57,204 nucleotides of DNA from Rhynchobatus australiae (lineage: Eukaryota). The stretch lies in NCBI GenBank assembly GCA_034780895.1, contig JAUZTB010000084.1, forward strand, positions 5,106,715 through 5,163,918, in the 5' to 3' direction. Position numbers and translations under genes: made by a program. Positions within the stretch are counted from its first letter, which is position 1. Every line of letters starts with the position of its first letter. This document shows positions 37,561 to 49,912 of the stretch, in pieces. Under the pieces are notes generated by a model. That model saw nothing but the letters and a program-made list of their open reading frames with translations, had not been told where the DNA came from and made no database searches.

Positions 37561-39567
37561 GTTCTGACATTTTGATGGTTAGGCATAGGACACAGCACTG
37601 ATGAACTGCTACAGTCATGTTCTGGGGCTTGACTGATTTACCCCCACAGCTATCTTCCTTTATGCGAGGTCTGACTCCTACCATTGGAGTGTTATCCCCT
37701 GCACATCCATTGACTTCTGCTTTAGTAAGGCTCTTTGGCTCCCAAAAGCTGGTGGAGGACATAGATCAACTGCGCAATGTCATCCAAGTCGGTCAGCATC
37801 CTTCGGGCCAATCATCAGATGTTGCCACCAAACTCTGTGCATCTTTGATGGACAGGAGAGAGCCCAGTAATAGGATCAAACCAGCTACCCAGCAAATGGA
37901 AGGGTGAGGAGCAGTCCCATATCATGCAGAATCTGGATCTCTGTACAACTGCCATAGGGTCTGGTCTTCAACCCAGAATGGGATTCTGTAAAGCACCTTG
38001 CTCTCAAGATGCTCAGTCTTAGACCCCCTGCTTCTTGATTGACACCTTTAATTATTCCTGACAGAAGAGACAGCTATTCCTCTATCGCTTTGAGGAGAGG
38101 TGGCTCTTGCTTTCTTCCTCAGTCAGCCCAGAACAAACAAAACAAATCCCAAATTCTCTCGACCTCCAGCAGCCAGTTGGTAACATGCCAGTGTTTGACT
38201 CCACCCATGTGCACAGTGGATGAGCTCCACTCATATCAGGTGCTGGTTTGACATAGCACCAGTTACACAGAGCCCAAGCTGCACACCTATAAAATGGAAA
38301 GACTCGTACCACTGGAGAAGACGAACTGACCACAGGGTCTAAGCACCTAGCCTTGGTTTAAATAGTAATAACAAAAATGTCAGCACGAGGAGAAATGAAT
38401 GGCAGGTGGGAAAAGGAATTTCTTCTTTCAGAAGGGCATGAATCTTTGGGTGGCAGAGTCATTGAATGTATTCAAGGCATAGATTGGCAGAGATTTAAAA
38501 TACAAGGAAGTCAAGGGACACGGGCAGAGAGTGAAAGTGTCAGGACCAAGACTGAATCAGCCTTGTTCGTAATGAATAGTTAAGCAAGCTCATAGGACTC
38601 CTGTGTCCTGTGCAGGAAGACGGTGGCTATAAATGATGTTGCCAGAGTTCTTGTGGACGATTGTAGCTGGGCAAGCATCTTCTCCCAGGTCTGCTGCAAC
38701 CTGCCCAAGCTGTTCCAAAATTCATGGTATAAAGAAAAACTTTCTTCACCCAGTAACCTGTGCCAGACAATAGAGGTGTGGCAAGATGGAAAAAGAATCA
38801 TCACAATCCTCCTCATAGAGCCTGACAGCCTCATTCCGAGTATGTTGTAGTGTCTTCTTCCTCCCCAAACAGCTTTTGTAACCAGCTTCCTACATATCAT
38901 TATAAAGTGACCTCCTCCTCTAACTTTGATACAGCTCTTCCTCTCTTTCCCATCAGCAAAAGTAACAAATCCCAGCAATTTTTTCTTCTCCAGCTCTCAC
39001 ACACTATGCACTACAACTGCTCCACATTAACTGGGAGTGTCTAATCTCCAGTCAATCAGCCCAGGCTGAGCCCTGGAAACATGTGATGGGATAGTGCAGA
39101 TGAAGCTTTATTTTGTATCTAGCCTGTTTTTTTCCCCCTCTTGCTTTTTATCATGCAGTGCAGTGCCTTGGACATGTCTTAAATCTTAGAATTTGACTTC
39201 CCCACATGATCATGCAAATGCTGTTTGAGGATTACTCAACTGGGGAAGAGCAGCTACGTCATAGACTCTAGACTGGCAGGAGTGGACCTCTTTCAGGAGC
39301 TACCCTCAAGCACTGAGCTTTGGGAGGGATGTACACAGAGCTGAGAGAGAAGAGAATCAGCCAGGTTAACCCTCTCAGTCAGTGGGGCAATAATGTTGCA
39401 ACAAGATCACACTCAGCCTGTGCTCTCCCTGCCCTAGGTATGTTTACGGAACTCATTGTGATTCAATCCTGCACCTCTGTGGATAAAACAAAATAACAAG
39501 AATATTATAAAGAAAGCAAGTTGACAATGTTCTTTATTTGAACTATNNNNNNNNNNNNNNNNNNNNN

Positions 39568-39581
39568 CGCTCTTCCGATCT
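39568..39581 (+). other. Illumina adapter remnant at a contig edge (artefact)
   Basis: cgctcttccgatct directly after an N run; identical to the 3' end of Illumina adapter/sequencing primers. Confidence 0.85.
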
Positions 39582-40482
39582 TTCCTAAATCTATTGCTGA
39601 GCAGAACTAATGAGAGGTATCCAGGAGCCGAGAAGGAACCACCCCACCCCACCCCACCCGCCCCCCCAAAGTACCTCTGGCTGGCATCCTCCCACACTCA
39701 GTACACAAAACCAGTTGTGCAAGAACATTTTCATTTCCTCCTGCCATAACAAGTCTCATGCCTTCCATGCACCCACTAATCATCATCAACACATTCAGCC
39801 CCAGCCATGCACCATCTCAACAACCACTTCACCCCCACACTTCCCAAGTGTGCAGGGAGAACTAAAAAGCATTGGCCTTTGACCAATTCAAACTGGGTTT
39901 TCCCAGCGGTAGCTTGAGAATCAATGTATTTTTATAATTATTCAATATGTCAGTTAATTAAAGGACGTAGCTGCCAAGGAATTAAATCTTTCCATTGATC
40001 GAACCAGAGGAGGCCATTCTGCCCCTTTGGTTTGTTCTGCCATTTGGTTCCATTTAACTCCATCTTCCCTCTACATGCCATACTATACACACGAGGTAGA
40101 CAGGTTTTGATGAAGAGGGCAGGGGGTGACTAATTCAGAGCATAAACAAGGATGCGGCACAGTTGGGACAAATAACCATAAACATTGTTATTGTGCATAT
40201 AAAAGGACTCCAAAACAGGACTGGTAAATGGCAAAGAGCAGCAATTAAAATCATTGAAACACGCAATGTCAGTGTAATGTCGCCAAGAGCATTTCCTAAG
40301 CCATAGACAGATGATATGGCAAGGGACAAAAAGAAAAGGAGAAAAAAATTCTGACACTGAAGCATGCCAGAATTGGAACATCCTAAAACAAAGTGAATTC
40401 ACGCCAGTTATAATTGGCAACCTTTTAACACCATTGAGACACAGGTCTCATTCTGTTAGAGTAACTCTTCCACCACCCTCCC

Positions 40483-40644
40483 CTAATTATGCAAGTTTGA
40501 AGGCTTTGGGTGGGCATTATGGATCAGTAATTCGGTTACTCTTAAGAGGTGGCACACCGTGGTCTGAGACTCCTGGTGCAGGCGCTGATTAGTCTGTCGT
40601 AGCTGCTCCACCTCACTCGCCAGCAGTGCTTTGTCTTCCTTCTC
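40483..40644 (-). CDS. SIPA1: SIPA1 last coding exon, coiled coil and stop
   Basis: Acceptor gggatag|GAG. EKEDKALLASEVEQLRQTNQRLHQESQTTVCHLLRVTELLIHNAHPKPSNLHN* resembles EKADRAALEEEVRSLRHNNRRLQAESES. TAG at 40485-40483. Confidence 0.9.
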   Translation of the reverse strand, partial: EKEDKALLASEVEQLRQTNQRLHQESQTTVCHLLRVTELLIHNAHPKPSNLHN

Positions 40645-41156
40645 CTATCCCAAGGTTTTCAAAACAAAGAAACAAAATTATTGTTGCAATTCAAGGCATC
40701 TACTTGACTTTTTGATAAAACAGCAGTTACAAAACAATCTCAGGGCACAAGCAGCACAAGTTAGATGGTGGGTTAAGCTTGCTCTGCACCACCCCATCAC
40801 GTTCTCCCAGGGCAGATACAGCCCAAGTTACATTAAACTCCCTGTACAAAAAAGATAAAAATTGGGTTAAGGGAACAGCACAGGTTTGGTAGATTAACCA
40901 CATGCAACTTTGACCAACTGGAAATCAGCACTGGTTNNNNNNNNNNNNNNNNNNNNNNNNNNNNNNNNNNNNNNNNNNNNNNNNNNNNNNNNNNNNNNNN
41001 NNNNNNNNNNNNNNNNNNNNNNNNNNNNNNNNNNNNNNNNNNNNNNNNNNNNNNNNNNNNNNNNNNNNNNNNNNNNNNNNNNNNNNNTCCCTGATTTTAC
41101 ACTTCTAGTGAGGTCCCTCAGGCAGAGGTGACGAGTCCTGACTCATGGCTTCTCAC

Positions 41157-41235
41157 CTTCCTTAGCTTCTCATTCAGCTGCTTGACGGTGGCTTCTAAAC
41201 GAAACACCTTTTCATTGAGACCTGTTGGAAAGGTG
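41157..41235 (-). CDS. SIPA1: SIPA1 penultimate exon, start of coiled coil (phase 2 to 0)
   Basis: Acceptor cactcag|C. TFPTGLNEKVFRLEATVKQLNEKLRK resembles GNLSEKVSHLESMLRKLQEDLQK. Donor AAG|gtgaga, 79 bp. Confidence 0.88.
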
Positions 41236-42255
41236 CTGAGTGGGGAATAGGTGAGATAATTAGACATGCAGTCCAGACAAATCTGTTTAAGAAATTTAAT
41301 TGTGTAGCTGTTTTCTCGATTCCTTCTTGATGGTGCTGAACCTCAATGTAAAATGGCTCACACACACCACTAACTTCCCTCGCTCTCCTTCCCCTTTCAC
41401 TCATGAATTCCAACCCCGACTTTGAAAAGCTATTGAAACATAGGAGCATTACAACTGAACCTTTCCTGCAATCAACACTCACAACATATATACTCAGTGT
41501 GTCGGGAGGTATATTGTAAGTGGTCCCATCGTTATTTCAGGAGCAAGAATCCTAACCTGTTTCTTTTGAACTTCAGCCCACCTCTCTAGCATGATGAGCA
41601 GTGGGGTTTACCGTGCCCTCAGCTATAGTCTTGTCCAAGTCACCTAACTCATGTGATGGCTGGCCATGGAAACCATGACCCCATGCTTCACCCCAAAGTG
41701 TTATTTCCCCTCATTAGGTAAGACACTTTCCCCTTCTGCTCAATTTCCAACAGTAATTCGCATGGCCTGTGAGTATTGTAGTCAGCATTAGCCTCCCACT
41801 GCCACCAGCAAGAAATGCAGCCCCCACACCACCAGATGGCCCCAGCAGTTTGGCTATTTAAAAAAAATTAAAAAGACTCTTTCCCCTACTGCCTTTTTCA
41901 ACCTTGGTGACTAAGAGGATTTTAAAGGCAATCATTGAAAGATTATGATTGGAGCATCTACTAAATTCTCCTAATTTGGGAACTATTGTTTTAGATTGGA
42001 AAATTACAGCAGAAACAGTGGGAAATCTTTCTCCACATTTCCTCCTCTTCAAGAATCCCTAGCCACAAACTCAATCTACCTCACCACTCCCCTCCCCATC
42101 TGGTCACCACACCTAGAATCCACTGCTGGAGCCTTCTGCATTCTTTTTTGTCTCAACCATTGATCCCATGAGCTCTGCAGAAACTCGTACTGACTCGCTG
42201 CACACCAGTCTCCTCCATCACTCCATCAGGCACTATCATGTCCCAATCAACTTAC

Positions 42256-42313
42256 CTCTCTTCCCTCGGCTCAAGGGCACCGGCAGCCCTGGGTTCCTCC
42301 GTTGTCATCTCTT
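42256..42313 (-). CDS. SIPA1: SIPA1 short linker exon (phase 1 to 2)
   Basis: Polypyrimidine acceptor ttttgccag|AA and consensus donor AG|gtaagt. The 58 bp (EEMTTEEPRAAGALEPREE) exactly bridge the phases of the flanking exons. Confidence 0.75.
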
Positions 42314-42729
42314 CTGGCAAAAGAAAATAAAGATTCATTGGCACACCCAAAGCTCAGTGTTTGAACTATTGCCCTTTGTGGATTGGGCACAAGCTGGGAG
42401 CCAAGAGCATGTAATACACTGGTACTGGTGCATGGGTGGCTGCCCTGTCTGTGCCTGGGAATGTGGGAAATACTGTTAACCTATCAGACCAGCCTCCTAC
42501 AGCTATTGAAACATGTGTTTGCAATTATTTTGCCAGGGGACATTAACCATGGGCCACAAGGGAATGTGGGGGGGGCACAGAGAAAAGAGTCGATAACCTT
42601 GGGTAGTAGAGCAAAGATCAGTGACGCAGAGCTCCAGTGGGAGGGCCACTGGGTCAGGACCATAGGGTCATTGGAAATGTCAATGACACAGAGATCCTGT
42701 GTCATTTATAATGACCTCTTATTCACTTA

Positions 42730-42970
42730 TGGGATTTGACCGTGGTTGGGGAGGCTGAGATCTCTTGCACTTGAGAAACTGGTGATGAGCCACGATCTTG
42801 AACCGTTGCAGTGCCTCTGGTGAAGGTATTTCCACAACAGCATTGGACACAGAATTTCAGTGACTATGAAGAAACAGCAATATTTCCATGTCAGGAGGGT
42901 GTGCAAGTTGGAGGGGAACCTGCAGTTTGTGATCTTTCCATGCACCTCTGCCTTTCTCCTTGAATTGAAG
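42730..42970. mobile_element. Interspersed LINE-derived repeat in a SIPA1 intron
   Basis: gagccacgatcttgaaccgttgcag..atatttccatgtcaggagggtgtgcaagttggaggggaacctgcag. Confidence 0.6.
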
Positions 42971-43098
42971 GTTAAGGATATAAGAGGTGCAATCCTTGTC
43001 TGGCTCTGCCATCTATCAGATGTCCTCACTCATCACCCTACTGCCCAACATGAACTATATCTTGGCCATGGAAATATTCCATTGTAAAAACCATTCAC

Positions 43099-43194
43099 CT
43101 TCCAAGGAGAGGGACTGTACAAGGTCTTCACAGTATGAAGCAATGTCTGCCAGGGACTGCCACTGAACGTTAGGGACATCAGATGTTATGATAT
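43099..43194 (-). CDS. SIPA1: SIPA1 exon (phase 1 to 1)
   Basis: Acceptor cgtttcag|AT. IITSDVPNVQWQSLADIASYCEDLVQSLSLE resembles human SIPA1 EWQAISEIASTCNTILESLSRE. Donor G|gtgaat, 96 bp. Confidence 0.85.
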
Positions 43195-43984
43195 CTGAAA
43201 CGAAAAGATAGGATAATGTAATATTCAGTAGACTAGGATGTCTGTCCATCGGAGGCGCATACACTACTGAAAAATTCCTTCCTCCTCACGCCCCTGGATA
43301 TAGTTCCAAATATGTCTGAGGCACTGTGAGGTTATACCACTGTTTCAAATATTGTTCCTTTACCAAAGTACTGAAGGAGGTTGCACATGGTACTCAAGCT
43401 AATAGAGTAACTAGTTCCAGGATTACTGGCCTCAACTGATGTAGGCAAGTAATTTGCCTGCCTTCATCACACACCTAACCACTGCCCTGCTACCTTCAAG
43501 GATCTGTACACATGCACTCTGAGATCCCTGGTTTCTTCACACCACTCAGTAATCGTGCAGCAGTCTGCTGGTAACAGAAGTACCAGAACTGCCATCTTAC
43601 CAGGACCAGTATCACAGACAACCCATCAGTAACATGTTGTCAGTTTTGGACACATCACACATATTTCCTGTCACACATATTCTTCCACTTCTCCCCACCA
43701 CCCAGTCAGACATTACCGTGCACTTTAGCACCACTTGGCACATTTTGGCTCGGACCAGCGAGTGAATAGATCAGTGAGGTATCATTCAGAAGGGCTTGTT
43801 GAGGGTCCAGGAGACCAGGATCACAGGTGCTTGGATTGCTGGGGCAACTCTCCTGAAGGGCCATCCCAGGGAAAGAGCGTTGAGGAGCAGCAACCTAGAT
43901 CAGGAACAGAAATGTGTACAGCCATCAGAGATACAGCCCTTGTGGCCTTCCATTTGTGGTGAATTGTTCTGGGTTTTTTGTAAT

Positions 43985-44360
43985 GAAAATACTTACGCTA
44001 CCTCAGCAAGGTGTCAAGCACAAAACATTACTTTGGCAGTCAGAAGCACCAGCCTTTTTGCACCATGTGTTGCACAGTGGGATCGATGGGCAGCTAACCT
44101 GTCTTTTCAGTGGTGTTGATTGAGGGAGGAGTGTTGGCCAAGGACATCACTCCCCTGCTCTTCTTCCAATAGCGGCCTTGGGATTTTTAACGTCCACCCA
44201 AGAGGGGCAGATGAGATCTTGGCTCCACGTCTCCTCCGGAAGGCTGCACCTCTGACAACACGGTGTTCCCTTGGTACTAGTGCCAGGGAGAGTCACCCTT
44301 GATTACAGGCTCAAGTTGTGGACATTTCAGACCCACCACCTTCTGGGTCAGACAGAGGAG
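43985..44360 (-). mobile_element. DeuSINE-type SINE (SacSINE1/AmnSINE1-like), best copy in the window
   Basis: Reverse complement reads tgtcagaggtgcagccttccggaggagacgtggagccaagatctcatctgcccctcttgggtggacgttaaaaatccc..ctattggaagaagagcaggggag, the Deu domain. Confidence 0.75.
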
Positions 44361-47300
44361 GGAGGTCGACAAGAGCCAAACAGTCACAATAGGGCACACA
44401 ATGATGGGAATCGAGGTAAAACAGGAGGGAGTTCTATACAGAAAACAGCATTTAATAATCAGGGATGAGGAATCAGGTAAGGACATTTATGTGGACAGTG
44501 CAAGTGGTGGAGAGGATCAAAAGTTAAATATACACAGACAAATATTCTAATGTAATAACACTCAGAGCGATATATCGGCACTTAGGATCATTAAGCCCCG
44601 TTACCAGATGGTGTAATTATATTGACAGACAGAAGTGCCACTTTCAACAATACATTGAATGTTATGCCTGTGTATAGAGAGAGAAATACATAGAGTTTAT
44701 AGCACAGAATCAAGCTGTTCAGCCCAGCAGGTCCATACTGGTGTTTATGCTCCACATGAGCAGCCCACCCCATCAATTTTTCTCTCTATTCTTCCTCCCT
44801 TTCTTCCTGCATTTTTCCAAGGTCCACAAACACATTTCTGCTCATCACTCCCTCTGCAAGCAAGTTCCACATTCTCACCTCTCTCTGGGCGAAGATGTTC
44901 CTTCTGAGTTGTGCCCTGGATTTATCAATGACCACCTTGTACTAAACCCCCTGGTTCAGGTCTCCCCTACAAGTGAAAACTCCTTCTCTACATCTATTCT
45001 ACCAATTCACAATCCTCAAGATTTCTATCAAGATAACGATAGAAATCTTCACTTCACTCCCCTGCATGTCCAATCGTCCTGATGTTACAACCTCTCAGTT
45101 CTGCTACAATCTTTACTGCACTCTCTGGGGCCTCTAAAACCCTTCTGATGTTGAGAAATCAGAATTGTACCCTAACTCACATTGTGTTTTTGCATAATGC
45201 ACACAGGTCACTCTCAGATAGAGTGAGAGACTGGAGGGAGGTGCACACCTCCAGCAAAACATCACTGAAAGAACCCATTAAAATATCTCACCAAAAAGGA
45301 AGTAAGTTGATTCTTAATAATTACTGGAAAATAAACAGTCTGCTTGGATAAAGTCTTAAACTGTGACACACTCTTTACAGTGAAGGCCAATAAATGATTA
45401 AAACTGTAATCTTCCCTTGCATCTTTCCTTCTGAAACACAGCAGTAAATGTCACATTTAAACAAAATTTCTTTCAAGTAATTTGTTTTAAAAGTAAAGAA
45501 CCATTATTTCAGACCTGCCTCCCAATGGATGCGATGCTGCAGTCCCCTCCAGTTTCCATCTGTTTACATGGACAGTTGTAGAAGATTTGACAGAAATATT
45601 TAAAGGACAAGGGGAGCTGTAGCAGCCACTTAGGATGTGTTCTAAAATATAAAAATTCCACCTGGAAATCTGACTGTTTTAAATTTCAATTATTGCAAGA
45701 TAATAACAACCCTGTCACTTGGTTCTTGAGGCAGACCACAACATTTATAGTATGCCTTTAAGAAAACAAAATATCCCAAAGTGCTTTACCAAGCATCACC
45801 CTAACAAAATCTGACACAAGGAAACATATGGTCAGGTGACCAAAAAGCTTGGTTAGAGAAGTGGGTTTTAAAAAAAGCAGGAGGCAGCCAAGAGGAACCA
45901 TCAAAGCTCAGAAGCCAGGAAGCTAAAAAGGCATGGCTAGCAGTATTAGATTGTTGGAAATCAGAATTGTGAAGGAGGGCAGTGATATTGGAGAACTTCA
46001 AAGGAGGAGGAAATAACAGAGATCGAGTCGAGGGCAAAGCAATGGAGGGATTTGAAAACAAGGATGAGATTTTAAAATTGTGGCATTGCTCATTTGAAAT
46101 ATTCTCTTTTGATTCCTTTATTTTATGGATAAAATTGAGATTTTGGAAAAGGTTAAGAGGGTGATGCTACGTTTAAAACTCCATACTTGCTCCAATCAGT
46201 TTTAGTTGCCAAGTCTATTTTCTTTGGGGCTCTATAAGCTATTTAGTATTGTGTGATTCTATAAAATGGGTCAGTGAAAGAACAAGAATCTCTTTATATA
46301 TTAATGGTACACCATCTATAAAATAACATGGGGTCCAGATTATGTTCATGCTGGCAAAGCAGTTCAGTTTGGGAGGAAAACAATCCGGAATGAGCTTTCT
46401 GAAAGGGCAATGGTAACAGATTCAATATTAACTTTCAAAAGGTAAATGAATAGATACTTGCAAAAAAGAGGAAGAAATTGGCATGGCTGTGTGACAGAGT
46501 GGATAACTCCTTCAGAGGCCATACACAGGCTAAATGATTTTTGAGTGTTTGGTACAACTTTTAAGATTCTTGAGCAGGGCTTTATGAGAAATTTGCACCA
46601 AAGGAGAACTAGTTAGATTGTTGGCCAGTTCCTTGTAACGTCAGAAATGAGAAGATTGTTACAAAACTTCCCAGCTTGTGTGGTGAGTGCTGATTCACTC
46701 ACAGCTTCGAGAGGGAACTGAACTGGTTTGTGGCCGAGACTGAGATAGTATCCAGCACGAGGTAGTGAGCAGGTACTTTCTCAACTAGGTTCGCACAGGC
46801 AAGTGCGGAAAATTAGAGAAGCATTTACAAATGTTATCCCCCATTAAAGAATCATATTTTCTAACAACAGCTCTTATTTATCCAAGGAGACCAACAGTGT
46901 GACTTTTAGAGTTTATTGAAACAGGCTACAGAAACTCCATCCTGTTATGGCAAATGTTAAACACAACAGTTCTTGCATTATATTGGGCCCCAACCCCATC
47001 CCATTTAGATTAGAGTCTCTGTTTGAAAGTTTGCCGAAACAATGAGCTTGAACGCCTAGTCAGGATTGGTACATTAAATCATCATTGACCAGGCTGCTTC
47101 AGCGATACTGCTGACAACAGGTGGGGGATAACATTCTTGTCTTACTGAAAAGGCAATGTCTACAATTTGTGGTAATCTCCGACAGGATTAATATCCAAAC
47201 AACACAATGCCCACCTCACTTTCCAATCAAAAAAAATACCACGCTGTCAAATCAATGGGTATGAGCTAAAACTAAGAACCAGATTTATTTACAATCTGAG

Positions 47301-47944
47301 TTTTATACACAAGTAGTGGAACACAGCAAATTTCAGAGTACAATACTTAAAACCAGAAAAAAAAATTACAAATCAGTTCACAGAAGGCTTCAAAACACCC
47401 TCATTAGAACAAATTTATCACACAGCTTATAAACGATGGGATTTTTTTGAATAAAGCAGTTTGTTTTGTAGACTCTCATGATGCAAATTGTAGCAAATTT
47501 TCAGTGCACCCTTTAAGTTCAAATCCCTAGACAGTAGCAAAGACATGAGCAAGCAGCACTGAGATTTGTACCATAGGTAATTCATTCGCAGTGATATCAA
47601 CAGACAAAAACTTGGGTGTGGTAGTGTACCAATGCGAGGCTTGGTATTAATGTCTAGATCCTACAACAACACTGTCTTCTTCCAAACATCCCCTCGGAGG
47701 TTCAGCAATGAGAGAAATGATATGCGATTATTCCACAGTTTGCCAATCCGCACAGGTAAACACTCCAAGTTGTCTCAGGATTTGTTTTTGCATGCCTTTG
47801 GCAGGAGTTGCAATTATAATGTAAATGACCTACTGCCCTTCGAAAGGTTGGGTTCAAAGGTTAGTGGGATTTCCATTCAGGTACCTGTGGTCCTTGGTGG
47901 CGGGAAACATAGAACACACCGACTTCCAACTTAACTCTAACTAC

Positions 47945-48153
47945 TTTGAAAACTGTCCGAAATCAGGGGCAGAAAATCGCCCTGTACATCACAGGGTAAG
48001 AACTCTGCCCTCAGCTTAGGTGAGTTACTGACCTGGGCATCGTTGGAATCGAAGTCCAGTCTTCCAGGAGACGGTGGGCACTGGGAGTTTACAGCCAAAA
48101 TGAGGTCAGGGGTTGATGTCTTTAGAGCCCTGGAGCAGGGGTCCCTCTCATTC
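47945..48153 (-). CDS. SIPA1: SIPA1 exon (phase 2 to 1; donor position uncertain)
   Basis: Acceptor ctgttcag|G. Encodes ..KTSTPDLILAV..SPKLRAEFLP..ISDSFQ, resembling TPDLLLA and PELRASFLP of human SIPA1. The weak donor A|gtagtt after 47945 is frame-compatible with the next exon; an alternative donor CAG|gtcagt lies after 48033. Confidence 0.7.
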
Positions 48154-48329
48154 CTGAACAGACAGAAAGTACAGCCTTTAATCAGGAGTTATACTAAGTT
48201 CTCTAATCATACATAAATGAAATGTTTGACCTGCCTCAGATTTCCTGCTGCTGAAATCCTCATGTGCTTTCATACCTCAAGACCGACTGTTCACCTGCCT
48301 ACCCTCACGCTTCACACCCTTCATTAACT

Positions 48330-48650
48330 TAAAACTTACCTGGAATTCTGCTGTCCCGCATCCTAACTCACTTGCCCATTACCCCTGTGCTTGTTCCTGG
48401 TTCATCAATACCTCAATTATAAATTCTCATTCTTGTTTCCAAATCCATCCATGGCCTAACCTCCCCAAGTTTCTGTTTACTTCAGACTTGTGAGACTTCT
48501 GCAATTCTTTCCTCTTGATCACCCTCAAATATAATCACTCCACCACCAGTGGCTGATATTCACCTGACTGGGCCCTAAACTCTGGAATTACCTCCTTAAA
48601 CCTCTAATGCCTGCCCTTTTTCCCCCTTCATTAAGACATTCCTTCACACC
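48330..48650 (+). mobile_element. L2-like LINE 3' fragment
   Basis: aaattctcattcttgtttccaaatccatccatggcct..atcactccaccacc..gggccctaaactctggaatt. Confidence 0.6.
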
Positions 48651-49030
48651 TGTCACTTGGAACAGGCTTCTGATCATTTGTAACCCAGCAGCATATAGGA
48701 GAGCATTCAGTGAACTCAAGTTGGATCAGTATCTTCACTCTAGCTGTCTGTCCTGGTTGCAGCCCCAAATATCCTTGGCCAGCAAGAATCTTGAGTGTAA
48801 AATTATTAATTGAGTTTGCCTCGTGGTGCTAGAGAATTCCAACCGTCCACTACCTTCTGTCCTCAGCAGCCTGGCTCTGATCTTGTGTTTCTACCACCTG
48901 TCCAGGAATTTCCCCACCTGTATACAATGTGCTTCTGATTCTATCTCATCACTTCTCTCGAAATCTAAAAAATCATCAATTTGCCACTTAACCTTTTCTA
49001 TTCCAGGAAATACAAGCCAAATTTGCTTTT

Positions 49031-49390
49031 GGGGTGGCACGGTGGTGTAGTTGGTAGAGCCGCTGCCTCACAGCACCAGAGACAGGGCTTAGTCCTGACC
49101 TTTGCTGTCTGTATGGAGCTTGTATGTTGCCCCTGTGACCACTTGGGTATCCCTGGGTGCTCCAGTTTCCTCCCACATCCCAAAGATGTGTGGTTCGCTG
49201 GGGTTAATTGGCTGCTATAAATTGCCCCAGTGTGTAGGCGAGTGGTAGAATCTGGGGGGAGTTGATGAGAACTTGGGGAGAATTTTTTCTTAAAATGATA
49301 TTAATGTAGGATTGGTGTAAATGGGTGGTTGATGGTCATTGAGGACTTGGTGTGCTGAAGGGCATATTTCTCTGCTGTATCTATGATTCT
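49031..49390 (+). mobile_element. V-SINE (HE1-like), near full length
   Basis: ggtggcacggtggtgtagttggtagagccgctgcctcacagcaccagaga..gggtgctccagtttcctcccacatcccaaaga..gctgaagggc. Confidence 0.9.
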
Positions 49391-49708
49391 AATTCATAGC
49401 TTAACCCTTGGAGTCCAGGTTTTATTCTGGTAATTCTATGCTGCACTTCCTTCAAGGCCAATATATCCTTCATATCCTTCCTGAAGTGTGTCACTCAGAC
49501 CTGCTTACAAGTGCTCCAGCCATGGTCTAATCAGAGCTCTGGACAGCTGCAGCAAAACATATTCCCCTTTGTATTCTAGCCCTCCATCATAACATTCCAT
49601 TAGCCTTTTTGATCAATTTCCTATGGACCGTAAGTGCTACTTGTACATGGATTCCCCCGCATTTCTTGGGACCTCCAGCCTCCACAATATTCATTCTCTG
49701 AGCAATAC

Positions 49709-49912
49709 CTTTGGCCTTGAGCCACTCTCATTTCCAGGGAGCAGCTCCGTACGGTGGGGCTCTGTGATCCTTGTGGACTGGTGCTCCTGGTCTCCTGGAG
49801 CGAGGACATCCTCAACAGGGACAGGCAGGGCGGCGCCAGCCCTGTATCTGGCACCCGGTCGCACTTGCGCTCAGTCTCCTCGATTGACTTTCTGTACAGC
49901 TCGGAGAAGCTC
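49709..49912 (-). CDS. SIPA1: SIPA1 exon following the PDZ (phase 2 to 2)
   Basis: Acceptor ttttgaag|G. Encodes SFSELYRKSIEETERK..., and SFSELY is the post-PDZ motif of SIPA1 as I recall it. Donor AG|gtattg, 204 bp, in frame with both neighbours. Confidence 0.85.

Noticed and set aside
37617-37907. Plus ORF ending at a donor-like GG|gtgagg
   Set aside because: No convincing acceptor, partner exons or homology; it abuts a LINE-derived repeat.
38580-38978. 132-aa minus ORF with an acceptor-like cacag|GT downstream of SIPA1
   Set aside because: SIPA1 already ends at 40483. No recognisable homology, and FWNSL suggests a LINE remnant.
41157-41221. Alternative acceptor aacag|GT for the penultimate SIPA1 exon
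   Set aside because: Phase 1 is incompatible with the preceding 58-bp exon, whereas the acceptor at 41235 restores the frame. It would only work if that exon were skipped.
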